Shown piece by piece: positions 40,043 to 50,251 of a stretch of DNA of 64,000 bases. The DNA comes from Alphaproteobacteria bacterium. Its GTDB lineage: Bacteria; Pseudomonadota; Alphaproteobacteria; UBA7879; UBA5542. Positions within the stretch are counted from its first letter, which is position 1. Each line of letters begins with the position of its first letter. Below the pieces are notes generated by a model. That model was not told the origin of the DNA and searched no databases. It saw only the letters and a list, made by a program, of their open reading frames with translations. Made by a program: the position numbers and the translations under genes. The DNA lies in NCBI GenBank assembly GCA_037146715.1, contig JBAWWO010000003.1, positions 65,939-129,938 on the forward strand, in the 5' to 3' direction.

Positions 40043-41401
40043 TTACACCAACTCCTCCGACTGCAAATAGGTCGGAATAACGCATTTCCAATGAAATTTG
40101 GCCTCAACTTTTGCTTTCATGGATTCTGCGGAATCTGACTCCCCATGCGTAATGAAAACCTTCTTGGGGGCTTTCTTGAAGTGACTTAACCATTTCAGCA
40201 TTTCTGCGTAATCCGCATGGGCAGACAAGTTACTCATGATCAACACTTTCGCCTTGATAGAGGTCATTTGTCCGTGAATTTTAACAATTTTCTCCCCATC
40301 CACAATCAACCGACCTAGCGTTCCCTCGGCTTGGTAACCCGTAAACAGAATGGTGTTGCGTTGATCAGGCCCCAGAGTTTTCAAATGGTGCAGCACACGT
40401 CCCCCCGTTGCCATACCGCTGGCGGCAATAATCACACAGGGAAATTTTGAGTTCATAATTTTCTTGGACTCATCAACCGAGTTGATATAGGTCGCAACCG
40501 CATTCAGCTTGGCACAGTGCTCGGGCCTTAGGTGATGCTCTTCAATATGCCGCACATAAATATCCGTCACATTTTCAGCCATAGGACTGTCTAAAAAAAT
40601 GGGTAGATCGGGGATTTTCTTTTTCTCTTTTAGTTGGGAAATATAATACAAAACGCTTTGGGCGCGCCCCACGGCAAAGGCGGGGATCAGCACGGTTCCC
40701 CCGCGCGCAGCTGTTTCATTGATGAAAGTTTCCAGCTGATCTTCAGGATTTTCTGTACTGTGGAGGCGATCTCCATAGGTGGATTCCATCACCAAATAAT
40801 CTGTTTCTTCAATGGGGTCTGGGTCCCGCATGATGGGGTCATGGGTGCGGCCCATATCGCCCGTGAACACAATCGTTTTGGTGCCGTGGGTTAGGCGAAT
40901 GCACGCTGCCCCCAAAATATGACCAGCGCGGGAAAAAACAAAACTGCAGTCCTGATCAAGCTTAAAGGATTTATCAAAGGGAATCGTTGAAAATTGACCC
41001 ATAATTCTTTCAGCTTCCTCTTTTGTATACAAAGGAAGGGCTGGAGTATGGCGGGAAAAGTGATGCTTATTGGCATAGAATGCATCCTCTTCCTGAATAT
41101 GGCCGCTGTCGGGCAATAAAATAGCGCACAGCTCTTTGGTTCCTGGGGTTGAATAAATGGGTCCCTTGAATCCATTTTTCACAAGAACGGGCAGATAGCC
41201 CGTATGATCCAAGTGGGCATGGGTTAAAATGACGGCGTCAATTTTAGAGGGATCAATCGATAGTTTTTCCCAGTTTCGTTCGCGCCATTCCCGCGGCCCC
41301 TGAAACAAACCGCAATCAATCAGCACTTTTTTATCATTGATTTCGAGTAAATATTTAGAGCCTGTAACCGTCCCTGCGGCTCCTAAAAATGAAATTTTCA
41401 T
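40043..41401 (-). CDS. MBL-fold metallo-hydrolase with beta-CASP/RNA-specificity domain
   Basis: 452 aa with the HAHLDH metal motif (ILTHAHLDHTG) and beta-CASP region. Confidence 0.75.
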   Translation of the reverse strand: MKISFLGAAGTVTGSKYLLEINDKKVLIDCGLFQGPREWRERNWEKLSIDPSKIDAVILTHAHLDHTGYLPVLVKNGFKGPIYSTPGTKELCAILLPDSGHIQEEDAFYANKHHFSRHTPALPLYTKEEAERIMGQFSTIPFDKSFKLDQDCSFVFSRAGHILGAACIRLTHGTKTIVFTGDMGRTHDPIMRDPDPIEETDYLVMESTYGDRLHSTENPEDQLETFINETAARGGTVLIPAFAVGRAQSVLYYISQLKEKKKIPDLPIFLDSPMAENVTDIYVRHIEEHHLRPEHCAKLNAVATYINSVDESKKIMNSKFPCVIIAASGMATGGRVLHHLKTLGPDQRNTILFTGYQAEGTLGRLIVDGEKIVKIHGQMTSIKAKVLIMSNLSAHADYAEMLKWLSHFKKAPKKVFITHGESDSAESMKAKVEAKFHWKCVIPTYLQSEELV

Positions 41402-41438
41402 GAAATAAAGCCTCTCTTTTTTTATGAGTATAGCAGAT

Positions 41439-42119
41439 TTAATGCCCCATCAAATTCTTTTCGTTAGTTTTTAGCCAGTGCTTGGCTTTTTTGTAATGGG
41501 GATCCAGCTGCTCAACCAGTTTCCAGAATTTGGGACTGTGGTTCATTTCTTTCAGGTGCGCTACCTCGTGGGCTGCAATGTAAGACGCAACCTCAAAGGG
41601 TGCCAGGGTCAACCGCCAATTAAAGTTCAGTGCCCCTTGGCTAGAGCAGCTTCCCCAGCGCGTTCTGGCATCTCGAATGGTAATCCGCTGAAAGGAAACA
41701 CCCAGTTCTGTCGCATATTCCCGACTCATTTTTTCAAAAAAGACTTCGGCTTCTTCCTTTAAAAACGTCACCAGCATGTGCCGCAACTGCTCAGGCTTGC
41801 CACCAATCCATAAAATCCCTTGATCTTTTTTCACTTTTTTGTGGCGCAGAGGATCATGCTTTAAAAGATACGGCATCCCAAAAATTTCAATAGTTTGGTC
41901 GTACTCAAACTGAAAATGTTGCACACTATTGATGTGTTTTTCAATCCAGATTTTTTTGTCATTCAGGAAATGTTTCAAAACGGTTTGGGGCGTTCCCATG
42001 GGACTGGTTAAGGTCACCACCGTATTCCGAATAGTCAATCGAATGGTTCGAGATCTGGCGGAGGGCTTCCACTGAACGAAGATAGTTTTTTCTGTTAGAT
42101 CGAGAGGGATTAATACCAT
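41439..42119 (-). CDS. M48-family metallopeptidase / YgjP-like (DUF45) protein
   Basis: 226 aa with the C-terminal HExxH zinc motif (AAHEVAHLKEMNHS) and WGSCSS motif typical of YgjP/SprT-like proteins. Confidence 0.75.
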   Translation of the reverse strand: MVLIPLDLTEKTIFVQWKPSARSRTIRLTIRNTVVTLTSPMGTPQTVLKHFLNDKKIWIEKHINSVQHFQFEYDQTIEIFGMPYLLKHDPLRHKKVKKDQGILWIGGKPEQLRHMLVTFLKEEAEVFFEKMSREYATELGVSFQRITIRDARTRWGSCSSQGALNFNWRLTLAPFEVASYIAAHEVAHLKEMNHSPKFWKLVEQLDPHYKKAKHWLKTNEKNLMGH

Positions 42120-42159
42120 TTCTATAAATTAACGATTACTTCGGGAAACTGCAAGATCC

Positions 42160-42262
42160 TGGTATAAGGGGATGAGAATTCAGTAAAAAACTGTCGTTGC
42201 CAGGATTGCTTCGTCGGGGCTGTGCCCCATCCTCGCAACGACGTTTTTTATGTTATGGTTTC
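42160..42262. repeat. intergenic palindromic repeat, family B (…GTCGTTGCCAGGATTGCTTCGTCGGGGCTGTGCCCCATCCTCGCAACGAC…)
   Basis: Long imperfect hairpin. Its GGATTGCTTCGTC core is shared with copies at 57530-57590 and 60150-60200, and in reverse orientation at 39850-39900. Confidence 0.65.
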
Positions 42263-42311
42263 AAGACTACTTTCGCAGTTTTGCGAAGTAATCGTTAATT
42301 TTGAAATGGTA

Positions 42312-42524
42312 CTAAGCGTTCTCGCGTTCGTTTTTCTTTCGCATAAGCTTTCGAAAACGACGAACGGCTTCAGACTTTTCACGAGCCTTACGCACTGAGG
42401 GTTTTTCATACCCTGCACGCAGCTTAATTTCACGGAACACGCCTTCACGTTGTAGTTTTTTCTTTAAAACACGCAAAGCCTGCTCAACGTTGTTATCATG
42501 AACATTTACAAGCACTAATCTCAC
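42312..42524 (-). CDS. rpsU: 30S ribosomal protein S21
   Basis: 70 aa (…[32 protein letters not shown]…) with a canonical S21 sequence. Confidence 0.9.
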   Translation of the reverse strand: MRLVLVNVHDNNVEQALRVLKKKLQREGVFREIKLRAGYEKPSVRKAREKSEAVRRFRKLMRKKNERENA

Positions 42525-42648
42525 ATCCTTTCATAAAATGTCTTTTAGATATAAACAAAATTTCCCTAAAAAGAAAGCATAATTTTATAAAAACCTATTG
42601 CAAAAGAAAGTATCTTCCGTCACTTTTGAGAAAAGACAAAGGAAAGAC

Positions 42649-43635
42649 ATGCAGATTGTTACGGGCGGTGCCGGATTTATAGGATCAAATATTGTGAAAG
42701 CACTGGAAGATCGAGGGTTTCACGATACGGTTATTTGTGACTGGTTAGGAACAGACCATAAATGGCAAAATATCGCCAAGCGTGAAGTGGGATCCATCAT
42801 TCAGCCCCAGGAGTTATTTCAGTTTTTGAACCAAAATGTGTCGCGCATTGATACCATTTTTCACATGGGGGCTATTTCGTCCACCACAGAAACAGATGCG
42901 GATGCGATTATTACCAATAATTTCCGCCTTTCTCAGGGGCTTTGGTCTTGGTGCAGTATTCACAAGAAACGGTTTATTTACGCGTCTTCCGCTGCCACCT
43001 ATGGAGGTGGCAAGCAGGGATTCATTGATGATGAAACCCCAGAATTTTTAAGCCATCTTCGTCCTCTGAATGCATATGGGTGGAGTAAACATCTGTTTGA
43101 CCGATGGGTTGCCCGTGTTTCTAAGGGAACGACTGAGGCCCCAACCCAGTGTGTGGGACTGAAATTTTTCAACGTTTATGGGCCGAATGAATACCACAAG
43201 GGCGGCCAACGAAGCGTTGTGGAGCAAGCCTTTGGGCGCGCGCAAGCGGGGGAAGCTATTAAGCTTTTTAAATCGTATACCTCTAAGTATCGGGATGGGG
43301 ATCAACTGCGAGATTTCATTTACGTGAAAGACTGCGTCGATGTAGCCATGTGGTTTTTTGACAACCCTGATGCTGAAGGTCTTTATAACGTGGGCACGGG
43401 GGAAGCGCGCACTTTCAACCACCTGGCCGAGGCCGTGTTCGCAGCCTTGAAACTAACAAAAAGAATCGAATATATTGATATGCCAGAAACCCTGCGCACC
43501 CAATATCAGAACTTTACCCAGGCAGAAATGAATAAGCTGAGGGGGGCCGGATACAACAAAATGTTCACGTCTCTGGAAGAGGGTGTTGAGGACTACATCA
43601 AGAACTTTTTGAATACGGCGGATCCGTATTTGTAG
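42649..43635 (+). CDS. hldD: ADP-L-glycero-D-manno-heptose-6-epimerase
   Basis: About 328 aa from the ATG at 42649 (MQIVTGGAGFIGSNIVKAL…), with the NAD-binding GxxGxxG motif and the SDR-extended YxxxK. Confidence 0.85.
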   Translation: MQIVTGGAGFIGSNIVKALEDRGFHDTVICDWLGTDHKWQNIAKREVGSIIQPQELFQFLNQNVSRIDTIFHMGAISSTTETDADAIITNNFRLSQGLWSWCSIHKKRFIYASSAATYGGGKQGFIDDETPEFLSHLRPLNAYGWSKHLFDRWVARVSKGTTEAPTQCVGLKFFNVYGPNEYHKGGQRSVVEQAFGRAQAGEAIKLFKSYTSKYRDGDQLRDFIYVKDCVDVAMWFFDNPDAEGLYNVGTGEARTFNHLAEAVFAALKLTKRIEYIDMPETLRTQYQNFTQAEMNKLRGAGYNKMFTSLEEGVEDYIKNFLNTADPYL

Positions 43636-43720
43636 GCATTCTTCCATGCAATTATGGAGTCAGACTCCATTTTTACATAGACATTTTATTCATAATTAAC
43701 GACAGAAAAAGAAAAGTAAC

Positions 43721-44164
43721 ATGAAAAAAATTTGGGTTTTTATCTGCCTTGGTTTGTGTTTGGCAACACATGCTTCTGCAAAACCTTCATGTCAGGATTC
43801 AAGACAAGAAGTATTTAATGCACTAGCATCAGAAGTGAGTGCCCAGATGGAAAAATATGCCCAGAAGATGGGAACAAAAAAATGGACCTATGAAACCGCT
43901 GTAAAAGATCTGCCTTGCCAGGTGGGTAGTTTAACGAAACTTCTTATGCAATCTAAAAATGAAAGAGATCGACACCAGCAAACAGATGCAGAAATTAGGG
44001 AAAGAATTTCCGATGAATTGGCGGATCTTTTGTCTCTAGTTATATTTATTGCCCATGAACAGAATATTAATCTGGCAGATGCGTGGCAGAAAATGCTAGA
44101 AAGCGATGAAAATAAATTCAAAAAACATGCTGCCAAAAAGATAAAGCTTGAACAATTACAGTAA
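43721..44164 (+). CDS. MazG-like nucleotide pyrophosphohydrolase-fold protein with predicted N-terminal signal peptide
   Basis: 147 aa. The C-terminal half (…ISDELADLLSLVIFIAHEQNINLADAWQKMLESDENKFKK) matches the MazG/EEXXE helical fold. The N-terminus MKKIWVFICLGLCLATHASA looks like a cleavable signal peptide. An internal alternative start MEKYAQKM is also possible. Confidence 0.5.
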   Translation: MKKIWVFICLGLCLATHASAKPSCQDSRQEVFNALASEVSAQMEKYAQKMGTKKWTYETAVKDLPCQVGSLTKLLMQSKNERDRHQQTDAEIRERISDELADLLSLVIFIAHEQNINLADAWQKMLESDENKFKKHAAKKIKLEQLQ

Positions 44165-44432
44165 AAAGGAAAACCCCATGACTCTGTCCCCGTTGGCGTT
44201 ATGCGCATTGTATCCCTTATAAAATTTAAGGATAACCTCATTTGCAGCTTTGAAGTTTTTCTGTAACTTATTCCTTTGAAGGTAAGGGAAGCGAAATATT
44301 TGGAAAATAATAAAACGTGTCTTTATCAGTTTCCCAGTATCTCTCAGAAATACCTAGTTTTTTTTGAGTGGACAGAAATACTTCAAATCACTATGATGAC
44401 TCGATTAATATTAAGCATGTGGAGAAACATTC

Positions 44433-46499
44433 ATGTCTAAAAAAACAACATCATCTATCATAGAAGTTGCAGGTCTTAAGTTAGAGCCTTATATTCCGGC
44501 GAGCAAGTCTTTACCAGAAATTACAATTAAAGCGGTTATTTTAAGTCTTATTCTGACGGCGTTCATGGCGGCGGCGAATGCCTATTTGGGGCTAAAGATC
44601 GGTATGACGGTGGCGGCGACTATTCCAGCAGCGGTTATTTCTATGGCAGTGCTTAGTCTTTTTAAGAAGTCGAATATTTTAGAAAACAACCTTGTTCAGA
44701 TTACGGTTTCAACGGGGGAATCTTTGGCGGCGGCCTCTGTATTTACCCTGCCTGGTCTTATTCTGATAGGATATTGGAAGGTTTTCCCCTTTTGGCAAGT
44801 TGCTATTTTGCTGGCTACAGGTGGTGTTCTGGGGGTTCTTTTGTCTATTGTTCTGCGTCGCGCTTTGGTTGTAGATGCGGGCCTGAAATTCCCTGAAGGT
44901 GTTGCTGCAGCGGAAGTATTGAAGGTTGGTGATGGAAAAGAAAGCAAAACTGAGGCTAAGGGCCTGTTTATGGGCGCCATTTTTGCCGTTCTTTTGAAGT
45001 TTGGCCAATCTGGATTTTCTATATTCAATGAAGGTATTGGGGTTTGGAAACGAGTTTCTGATACAGTTATTGGCGGAAATGTAGGATTTTCAGCCATTAT
45101 GGTTGGGGCTGGTTACATCGTTGGTATTTCTGTTGGTGTTGGTGCCCTTATCGGGTGTGTGCTCGGATGGGGGATTTTGGTTCCTTATTATGCGCATCTG
45201 ACTCCAGATCTGACATCAGCTGCTGAGTCTGTAGCCTCAGGTGTATGGGTTAGCAAAGTTCGAATCATCGGCGTGGGTGCCATGGTTATTTCAGGGCTTT
45301 GGATTGCTTTATGTTTCCTAGGATCTATGAAAAAAGCCATAACAGACGCAATCAAAGCTGTCAAAGTTTCTCGCTCTAATAAAGACTTAGGAATTCTTTC
45401 TTTAAGGACTGAAAAAGATATTCCGATTACTTATGTTGGTTGGGGAATTTTGGGTGTTGCGATCGTAATGTTTGCTTTGATTCATTACATTTTTGGTGCC
45501 CAAGGTCTAACCCCAGAAGGGGTTGCCTATTACTGGCCAATCGTGGGGGCAATCACTTTGTCTACCCTGGCCATTACCTTCCTGATGACGGTTGTGTATG
45601 GTTATATCATGGGTATCATAGGATCTACAAACTCACCTTTGTCAGGGATGACAATTATGGGTGTTTTGTTTGTTTCTTGCCTACTCTTGATTTTGTTGTC
45701 TCACCATATTGGCAGTACAGTTTCCATTGTTGCTATGGCATCAATTGGATTACTGTTCGCGGGCTTTATTGCGGGCTCTATTGTTGTGGGCGCCGAAACT
45801 TTGCAAGATTTCAAAGCCGGTCAAATTGTAGGGGGAACACCTTGGAAATTACAGGTTATGCTGATCGTCGGGGTGATTGTTTCTGCCTTGATCATGGCAC
45901 CAACTTTGAACCTGTTGTTACAAGCTTATGGTATTGGCGATGTATTGCCCGATCCCTCTATGGATCCAACAAAATCTTTGGCTGCCCCGAAAGCGATGTT
46001 AATGGCAACCATTGCCCAAAATATTTTCGGTCATACAATGGATTGGAGTTTGCTTTCTATCGGTATTGCGATTGGCGTTGTGGCAATTATTGTGGACGAA
46101 TATCTGAAATACAGAAAATCTGCAATTACCATTCCTAGCTTGTCCGTAGCCTTTGGTATTTACATGCCGCTTGACATCATCGTTCCCATTTTTATCGGGG
46201 GATTGATTGCTTATCTGGCAGAGCGCCATATTCTGTCTCAAGAAAAAACTGCAGGGGCTGACTTTGAAAAGAAAGCCTCTCATGTGCGTCATCGCGGATT
46301 ATTGGTGGCTGCAGGTTTGGTTGCGGGAGAATCTATCATTGGTGTGCTGATTGCCTTAATTCTTGTCTGTGGCGGGCCTGTGAAAGAATTGGTTCAGTCT
46401 GTCCAAGTGCCTGAATTATTCAAAATGCTTTTGACTATTCCTTTCTTTGCTTATATCTGTTGGTATTTGTATAAGAAATCTTCTTGTTTCAAAAGATAG
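44433..46499 (+). CDS. OPT-family oligopeptide transporter
   Basis: 688 aa, polytopic (about 16 TM), with OPT signature segments (e.g. NAYLGLKIGMTV, TGESLAAA). Confidence 0.85.
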   Translation: MSKKTTSSIIEVAGLKLEPYIPASKSLPEITIKAVILSLILTAFMAAANAYLGLKIGMTVAATIPAAVISMAVLSLFKKSNILENNLVQITVSTGESLAAASVFTLPGLILIGYWKVFPFWQVAILLATGGVLGVLLSIVLRRALVVDAGLKFPEGVAAAEVLKVGDGKESKTEAKGLFMGAIFAVLLKFGQSGFSIFNEGIGVWKRVSDTVIGGNVGFSAIMVGAGYIVGISVGVGALIGCVLGWGILVPYYAHLTPDLTSAAESVASGVWVSKVRIIGVGAMVISGLWIALCFLGSMKKAITDAIKAVKVSRSNKDLGILSLRTEKDIPITYVGWGILGVAIVMFALIHYIFGAQGLTPEGVAYYWPIVGAITLSTLAITFLMTVVYGYIMGIIGSTNSPLSGMTIMGVLFVSCLLLILLSHHIGSTVSIVAMASIGLLFAGFIAGSIVVGAETLQDFKAGQIVGGTPWKLQVMLIVGVIVSALIMAPTLNLLLQAYGIGDVLPDPSMDPTKSLAAPKAMLMATIAQNIFGHTMDWSLLSIGIAIGVVAIIVDEYLKYRKSAITIPSLSVAFGIYMPLDIIVPIFIGGLIAYLAERHILSQEKTAGADFEKKASHVRHRGLLVAAGLVAGESIIGVLIALILVCGGPVKELVQSVQVPELFKMLLTIPFFAYICWYLYKKSSCFKR

Positions 46500-46511
46500 A
46501 TAAAGGCGAGG

Positions 46512-46898
46512 ATGCGGAAAAAATCTTCAGAATTGAGTCAACGTTGCCTGAAAGTCGGCGAAGAAATTCGCCGACTTCTTTCAGCTATTTTCCAAGAAGA
46601 AGAATTTTGGCATCCTGAATTAGGGGGGCATAGCGTTATCGTTACGGAAGTTCGCTTAAGCCCAGACCTAAGCCACGCTAAAGTATTTTTCGTAACGCTC
46701 AACAACGAAGATCCAAAAAAGATTGGCGATTTGTTGAAGAAAGAAAAACACGCCATTCGAAAAATTCTAGCTAAAAAACTTCAGCTGCGCATAACACCAG
46801 ATCTGTTTTTTACCTTTGATGAATCTTTGAGCCAGGGGCATCGAATTGATTCGTTGCTGAATGACTCTGGCGATCTTGGAGGCGAGCCAAAAGCATAG
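46512..46898 (+). CDS. rbfA: ribosome-binding factor A
   Basis: 128 aa with a KH-like fold signature (…LKVGEEIRRLLSAIF…VTEVRLSPDLSHAKVFF). It lies in the rbfA-truB-rpsO-pnp cluster. Confidence 0.85.
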   Translation: MRKKSSELSQRCLKVGEEIRRLLSAIFQEEEFWHPELGGHSVIVTEVRLSPDLSHAKVFFVTLNNEDPKKIGDLLKKEKHAIRKILAKKLQLRITPDLFFTFDESLSQGHRIDSLLNDSGDLGGEPKA

Positions 46899-46950
46899 GA
46901 GTTTTCTGGTCATCGTGAGCCCCAGAGTGTGTGCAAAAGAAAGTGAAAAA

Positions 46951-47838
46951 ATGTCTTTCAACGGTTGGGTGATTCTGGATAAGCCTTTAAATATGTCTTC
47001 GTTCTTTGCTGTCAAGAAAGTTCGGCAACTCTTTAATATATCAAAAGTAGGCCATGGGGGAACGCTCGATCCCTTAGCGTCTGGCATTTTGCCCATTGCT
47101 TTGGGGGAAGCCACCAAGTTAATTCCCTTTATTATGGATAAAAAGAAAACTTATGAATTCACCGTTCGTTGGGGAATGCAAACCTTAACCGATGATGTGG
47201 AAGGGGATGTTGTTGAAACCTCAACCATGCGCCCCACAGAAGCAGAAATTCTGAAAGCGTTGTCTCACTTTCTGGGGGATATTCAGCAAAAACCACCGGC
47301 CTTTTCAGCCCTGAAAATTAAGGGAGAGAGAGCCTGCGACAAAGCCCGACGGGGGGAAGAGGTTGATCTGGCCCCCCGCACCATTCGCATTGAGCAGCTG
47401 GAGTTGTTGGAAATTCCTGACGAAAATCATGCCACTTTTCGGGTTATCTGCGGCAAAGGCACCTATGTGAGAAGTTTAGCCCGGGATTTAGCCATTCAGT
47501 TAGGCACCGTTGGACATGTTTCTTACCTACGCAGAACGGCTGTGGGCCCCTTTTTGCTTAAGAATTCAGTGTCTTTTGAGAAAATGCTTGAACTTAAGGA
47601 GGGTTCTGCGCTAAAAGAGTTAGTACATTCGCTGTCTCTTGTGCTGGACGACATCCCGGTGATTGTTTTGAACGACGTTGATTTGCTGCACCTTAAACAA
47701 GGTCAGAAGATCAAAATAGACCAAAATAATTTCCCAAGAGAATGTGTGATGGCGTGTGAAGATGATCAAAAAATCTTTCATGCTTTGGCGCGAATAGAAG
47801 GTTCTATTCTGGTGCCAATACGTGTGTTTAATATTTGA
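46951..47838 (+). CDS. truB: tRNA pseudouridine(55) synthase
   Basis: About 295 aa from the ATG at 46951, with the catalytic motif GHGGTLDPLASGILP and a PUA-like C-terminus. Confidence 0.9.
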   Translation: MSFNGWVILDKPLNMSSFFAVKKVRQLFNISKVGHGGTLDPLASGILPIALGEATKLIPFIMDKKKTYEFTVRWGMQTLTDDVEGDVVETSTMRPTEAEILKALSHFLGDIQQKPPAFSALKIKGERACDKARRGEEVDLAPRTIRIEQLELLEIPDENHATFRVICGKGTYVRSLARDLAIQLGTVGHVSYLRRTAVGPFLLKNSVSFEKMLELKEGSALKELVHSLSLVLDDIPVIVLNDVDLLHLKQGQKIKIDQNNFPRECVMACEDDQKIFHALARIEGSILVPIRVFNI

Positions 47839-47850
47839 AAGGAGAAAACG

Positions 47851-48111
47851 ATGTCGAAATTAAAGAAAACAACTATTCAGGAATTTGCTACAAAAAAAGG
47901 GGACACAGGTTCCCCAGACGTTCAGGTAGCTTTGCTTACAGGTCGCATTAAAATGCTAAGCGGACATCTGAAAAAAAATCCAAAAGATTTACATTCTCAA
48001 CGGGGTTTGATCCTTATGGTGGGTCGCCGTCGCCGGTTGTTAGATTATCTGAAAAGAATATCCATGGAACGTTATCAAGATATTTTGAAGCGTTTAGGGC
48101 TCCGTTACTAA
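47851..48111 (+). CDS. rpsO: 30S ribosomal protein S15
   Basis: 86 aa with a canonical S15 sequence (…[37 protein letters not shown]…). Confidence 0.95.
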   Translation: MSKLKKTTIQEFATKKGDTGSPDVQVALLTGRIKMLSGHLKKNPKDLHSQRGLILMVGRRRRLLDYLKRISMERYQDILKRLGLRY

Positions 48112-48127
48112 AAGTTAGGAAAAATAT

Positions 48128-50233
48128 ATGAAAGTTTACAAAAAACAAATTGAGTGGGGGGGCCGTCAACTTACATTAGAAACGGGTCTTTTGGCTAAAC
48201 AGGCTGATGGTTCTGTTCTGGTTACCTATGGGGAAACAAGTGTTCTGTGTACAGTTGTGGCAAAAAAACAAGCCTCACCTGATCTAGACTTTTTTCCCTT
48301 AAGCGTTAATTATCAGGAAAAATTCTATGCCTCTGGCCGTATTCCAGGCGGATTTTTAAAGCGCGAAGGCCGGCCTTCTGAACGGGAAACTTTGATTTCT
48401 CGTCTGATCGATCGCCCTATTCGCCCCCTGTTTCCAGATTTGTTCAGAAATGAAACCCAGGTTGTTTGTACAACCGTTAGCTACGATATGGAAAATGATC
48501 CAGATATCGCGGCCTTGATTGGGGCTTCAGCTGCTTTAACCCTTTCCGGTATTCCTTTCATGGGACCTGTGGGTGGTGCACGCGTTGGCTACATTGATGG
48601 GAAGCTTGCTTTGAACCCTACTCGCACGGATATGGAAGAATCTAGTCTTGAACTGATTGTTGCAGGAACTCGTGAAGGTGTTTTGATGGTTGAATCAGAA
48701 GCCAAAGAACTTTCTGAAAAAGACATGTTGGAGGCCGTTATGTTTGGTCATAAGTCCTTCCAGCCTGTGATTCAAGCCATTATTGAATTGGCTGAAGAGA
48801 CGGCAAAAGAACCCTGGGATTTGATTGAGCTGACTGAGGCTCAAAAAGCCGTTCAAAAGAAAGTATCAGAACTTTCTGAAAAAGACTTGCGGGAAGCTTA
48901 CAAAATTACCGCAAAACAAGACCGTTATGCCCACATCGATGCGGTGAAAAAGTCTGTAAAGGAAGCTTTTGCTGACCAAACAGATGTTTCCCCGGTTTTC
49001 GTGGCTGGATGCCTGAAAGAGGTTGAAAGCCAGATTGTTCGTGGCAATATTTTGAAAACTAAGAAACGTATTGATGGGCGCGACACAACAACCGTTCGTC
49101 CTATTCAGTGCGACACAAGTTTCTTGTCACGCACCCATGGAAGCGCTGTATTTACCCGTGGTGAAACACAGGCTTTGGTGGTGACAACCTTGGGAACGGG
49201 TGACAGCGAACAGCTGATTGATTCTCTGGACGGAGAATCAAAAGAAACCTTTATGCTGCACTATAACTTCCCTCCATTCTCAGTAGGAGAAGTGGGTCGT
49301 ATGGGCAGCCCTGGCCGTCGCGAAGTGGGGCATGGAAAATTAGCTTGGCGGGCAGTTCATCCTCTATTGCCAAGCAAAGACCAATTTCCTTATACCATTC
49401 GGGTAGTGTCAGAAATTCTTGAGTCTAATGGATCTTCATCCATGGCAACAGTTTGTGGCGCCTCTTTATCCTTGATGGACGCAGGTGTTCCCTTGAAAGA
49501 TCACATTGCGGGTATCGCCATGGGCTTGATTAAGGAAAAAAATGATTTCGCTGTTTTGACCGATATCTTGGGGGATGAAGATGCCCTAGGAGACATGGAC
49601 TTTAAGGTAGCCGGAACTCGCCATGGAATCACCGCCTTGCAAATGGACATTAAGATCACCAGCATCAATGAGCAAATCATGAAGATTGCTTTAGATCAGG
49701 CTTGCGAAGGTCGTTTACACATTATTGGTGAAATGGAAAAAGCTATCAGTGGGTCTCGTAATGACGTCAGTCAAAATGCCCCTCGCATCGAAGTGATCAA
49801 GATTCCAAAGGAAAAGATTCGCGAAGTTATCGGAACTGGCGGAAAAGTCATTCGTGACATCTGTGAAACCACAGGGGCCAAGATCGACATTGAAGACGAT
49901 GGCACTTTGCGTGTTGCCGCTGTTGATCACAAGGCCATTGAAGCCGCTTTAAAACGTATCTATGATATAACAGCAGAGGCTGAACTGAATGGTGTTTACA
50001 CGGGAACCGTTGTAAAAATCATGGAATTTGGCGCGTTTGTTGACTTTTTAAATACATCTGGGTTGATTCATATCAGTGAAATTGCCCACCATCGTGTGAA
50101 CAAGGTTGAAGACGAGCTGAATGTTGGCGATAAGGTTGAGGTCAAGGTTATTGGCATTGACGACAAAGGAAAAGTTCGCCTAAGCCGCAAGGCACTGCTG
50201 CCAGACGAAGGAAGTACAAAGGGTAAGGAATAA
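48128..50233 (+). CDS. pnp: polyribonucleotide nucleotidyltransferase (PNPase)
   Basis: 701 aa with two RNase PH domains followed by KH and S1 domains. Confidence 0.95.
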   Translation: MKVYKKQIEWGGRQLTLETGLLAKQADGSVLVTYGETSVLCTVVAKKQASPDLDFFPLSVNYQEKFYASGRIPGGFLKREGRPSERETLISRLIDRPIRPLFPDLFRNETQVVCTTVSYDMENDPDIAALIGASAALTLSGIPFMGPVGGARVGYIDGKLALNPTRTDMEESSLELIVAGTREGVLMVESEAKELSEKDMLEAVMFGHKSFQPVIQAIIELAEETAKEPWDLIELTEAQKAVQKKVSELSEKDLREAYKITAKQDRYAHIDAVKKSVKEAFADQTDVSPVFVAGCLKEVESQIVRGNILKTKKRIDGRDTTTVRPIQCDTSFLSRTHGSAVFTRGETQALVVTTLGTGDSEQLIDSLDGESKETFMLHYNFPPFSVGEVGRMGSPGRREVGHGKLAWRAVHPLLPSKDQFPYTIRVVSEILESNGSSSMATVCGASLSLMDAGVPLKDHIAGIAMGLIKEKNDFAVLTDILGDEDALGDMDFKVAGTRHGITALQMDIKITSINEQIMKIALDQACEGRLHIIGEMEKAISGSRNDVSQNAPRIEVIKIPKEKIREVIGTGGKVIRDICETTGAKIDIEDDGTLRVAAVDHKAIEAALKRIYDITAEAELNGVYTGTVVKIMEFGAFVDFLNTSGLIHISEIAHHRVNKVEDELNVGDKVEVKVIGIDDKGKVRLSRKALLPDEGSTKGKE

Positions 50234-50251
50234 GCCCACGGAAGGATTGAC

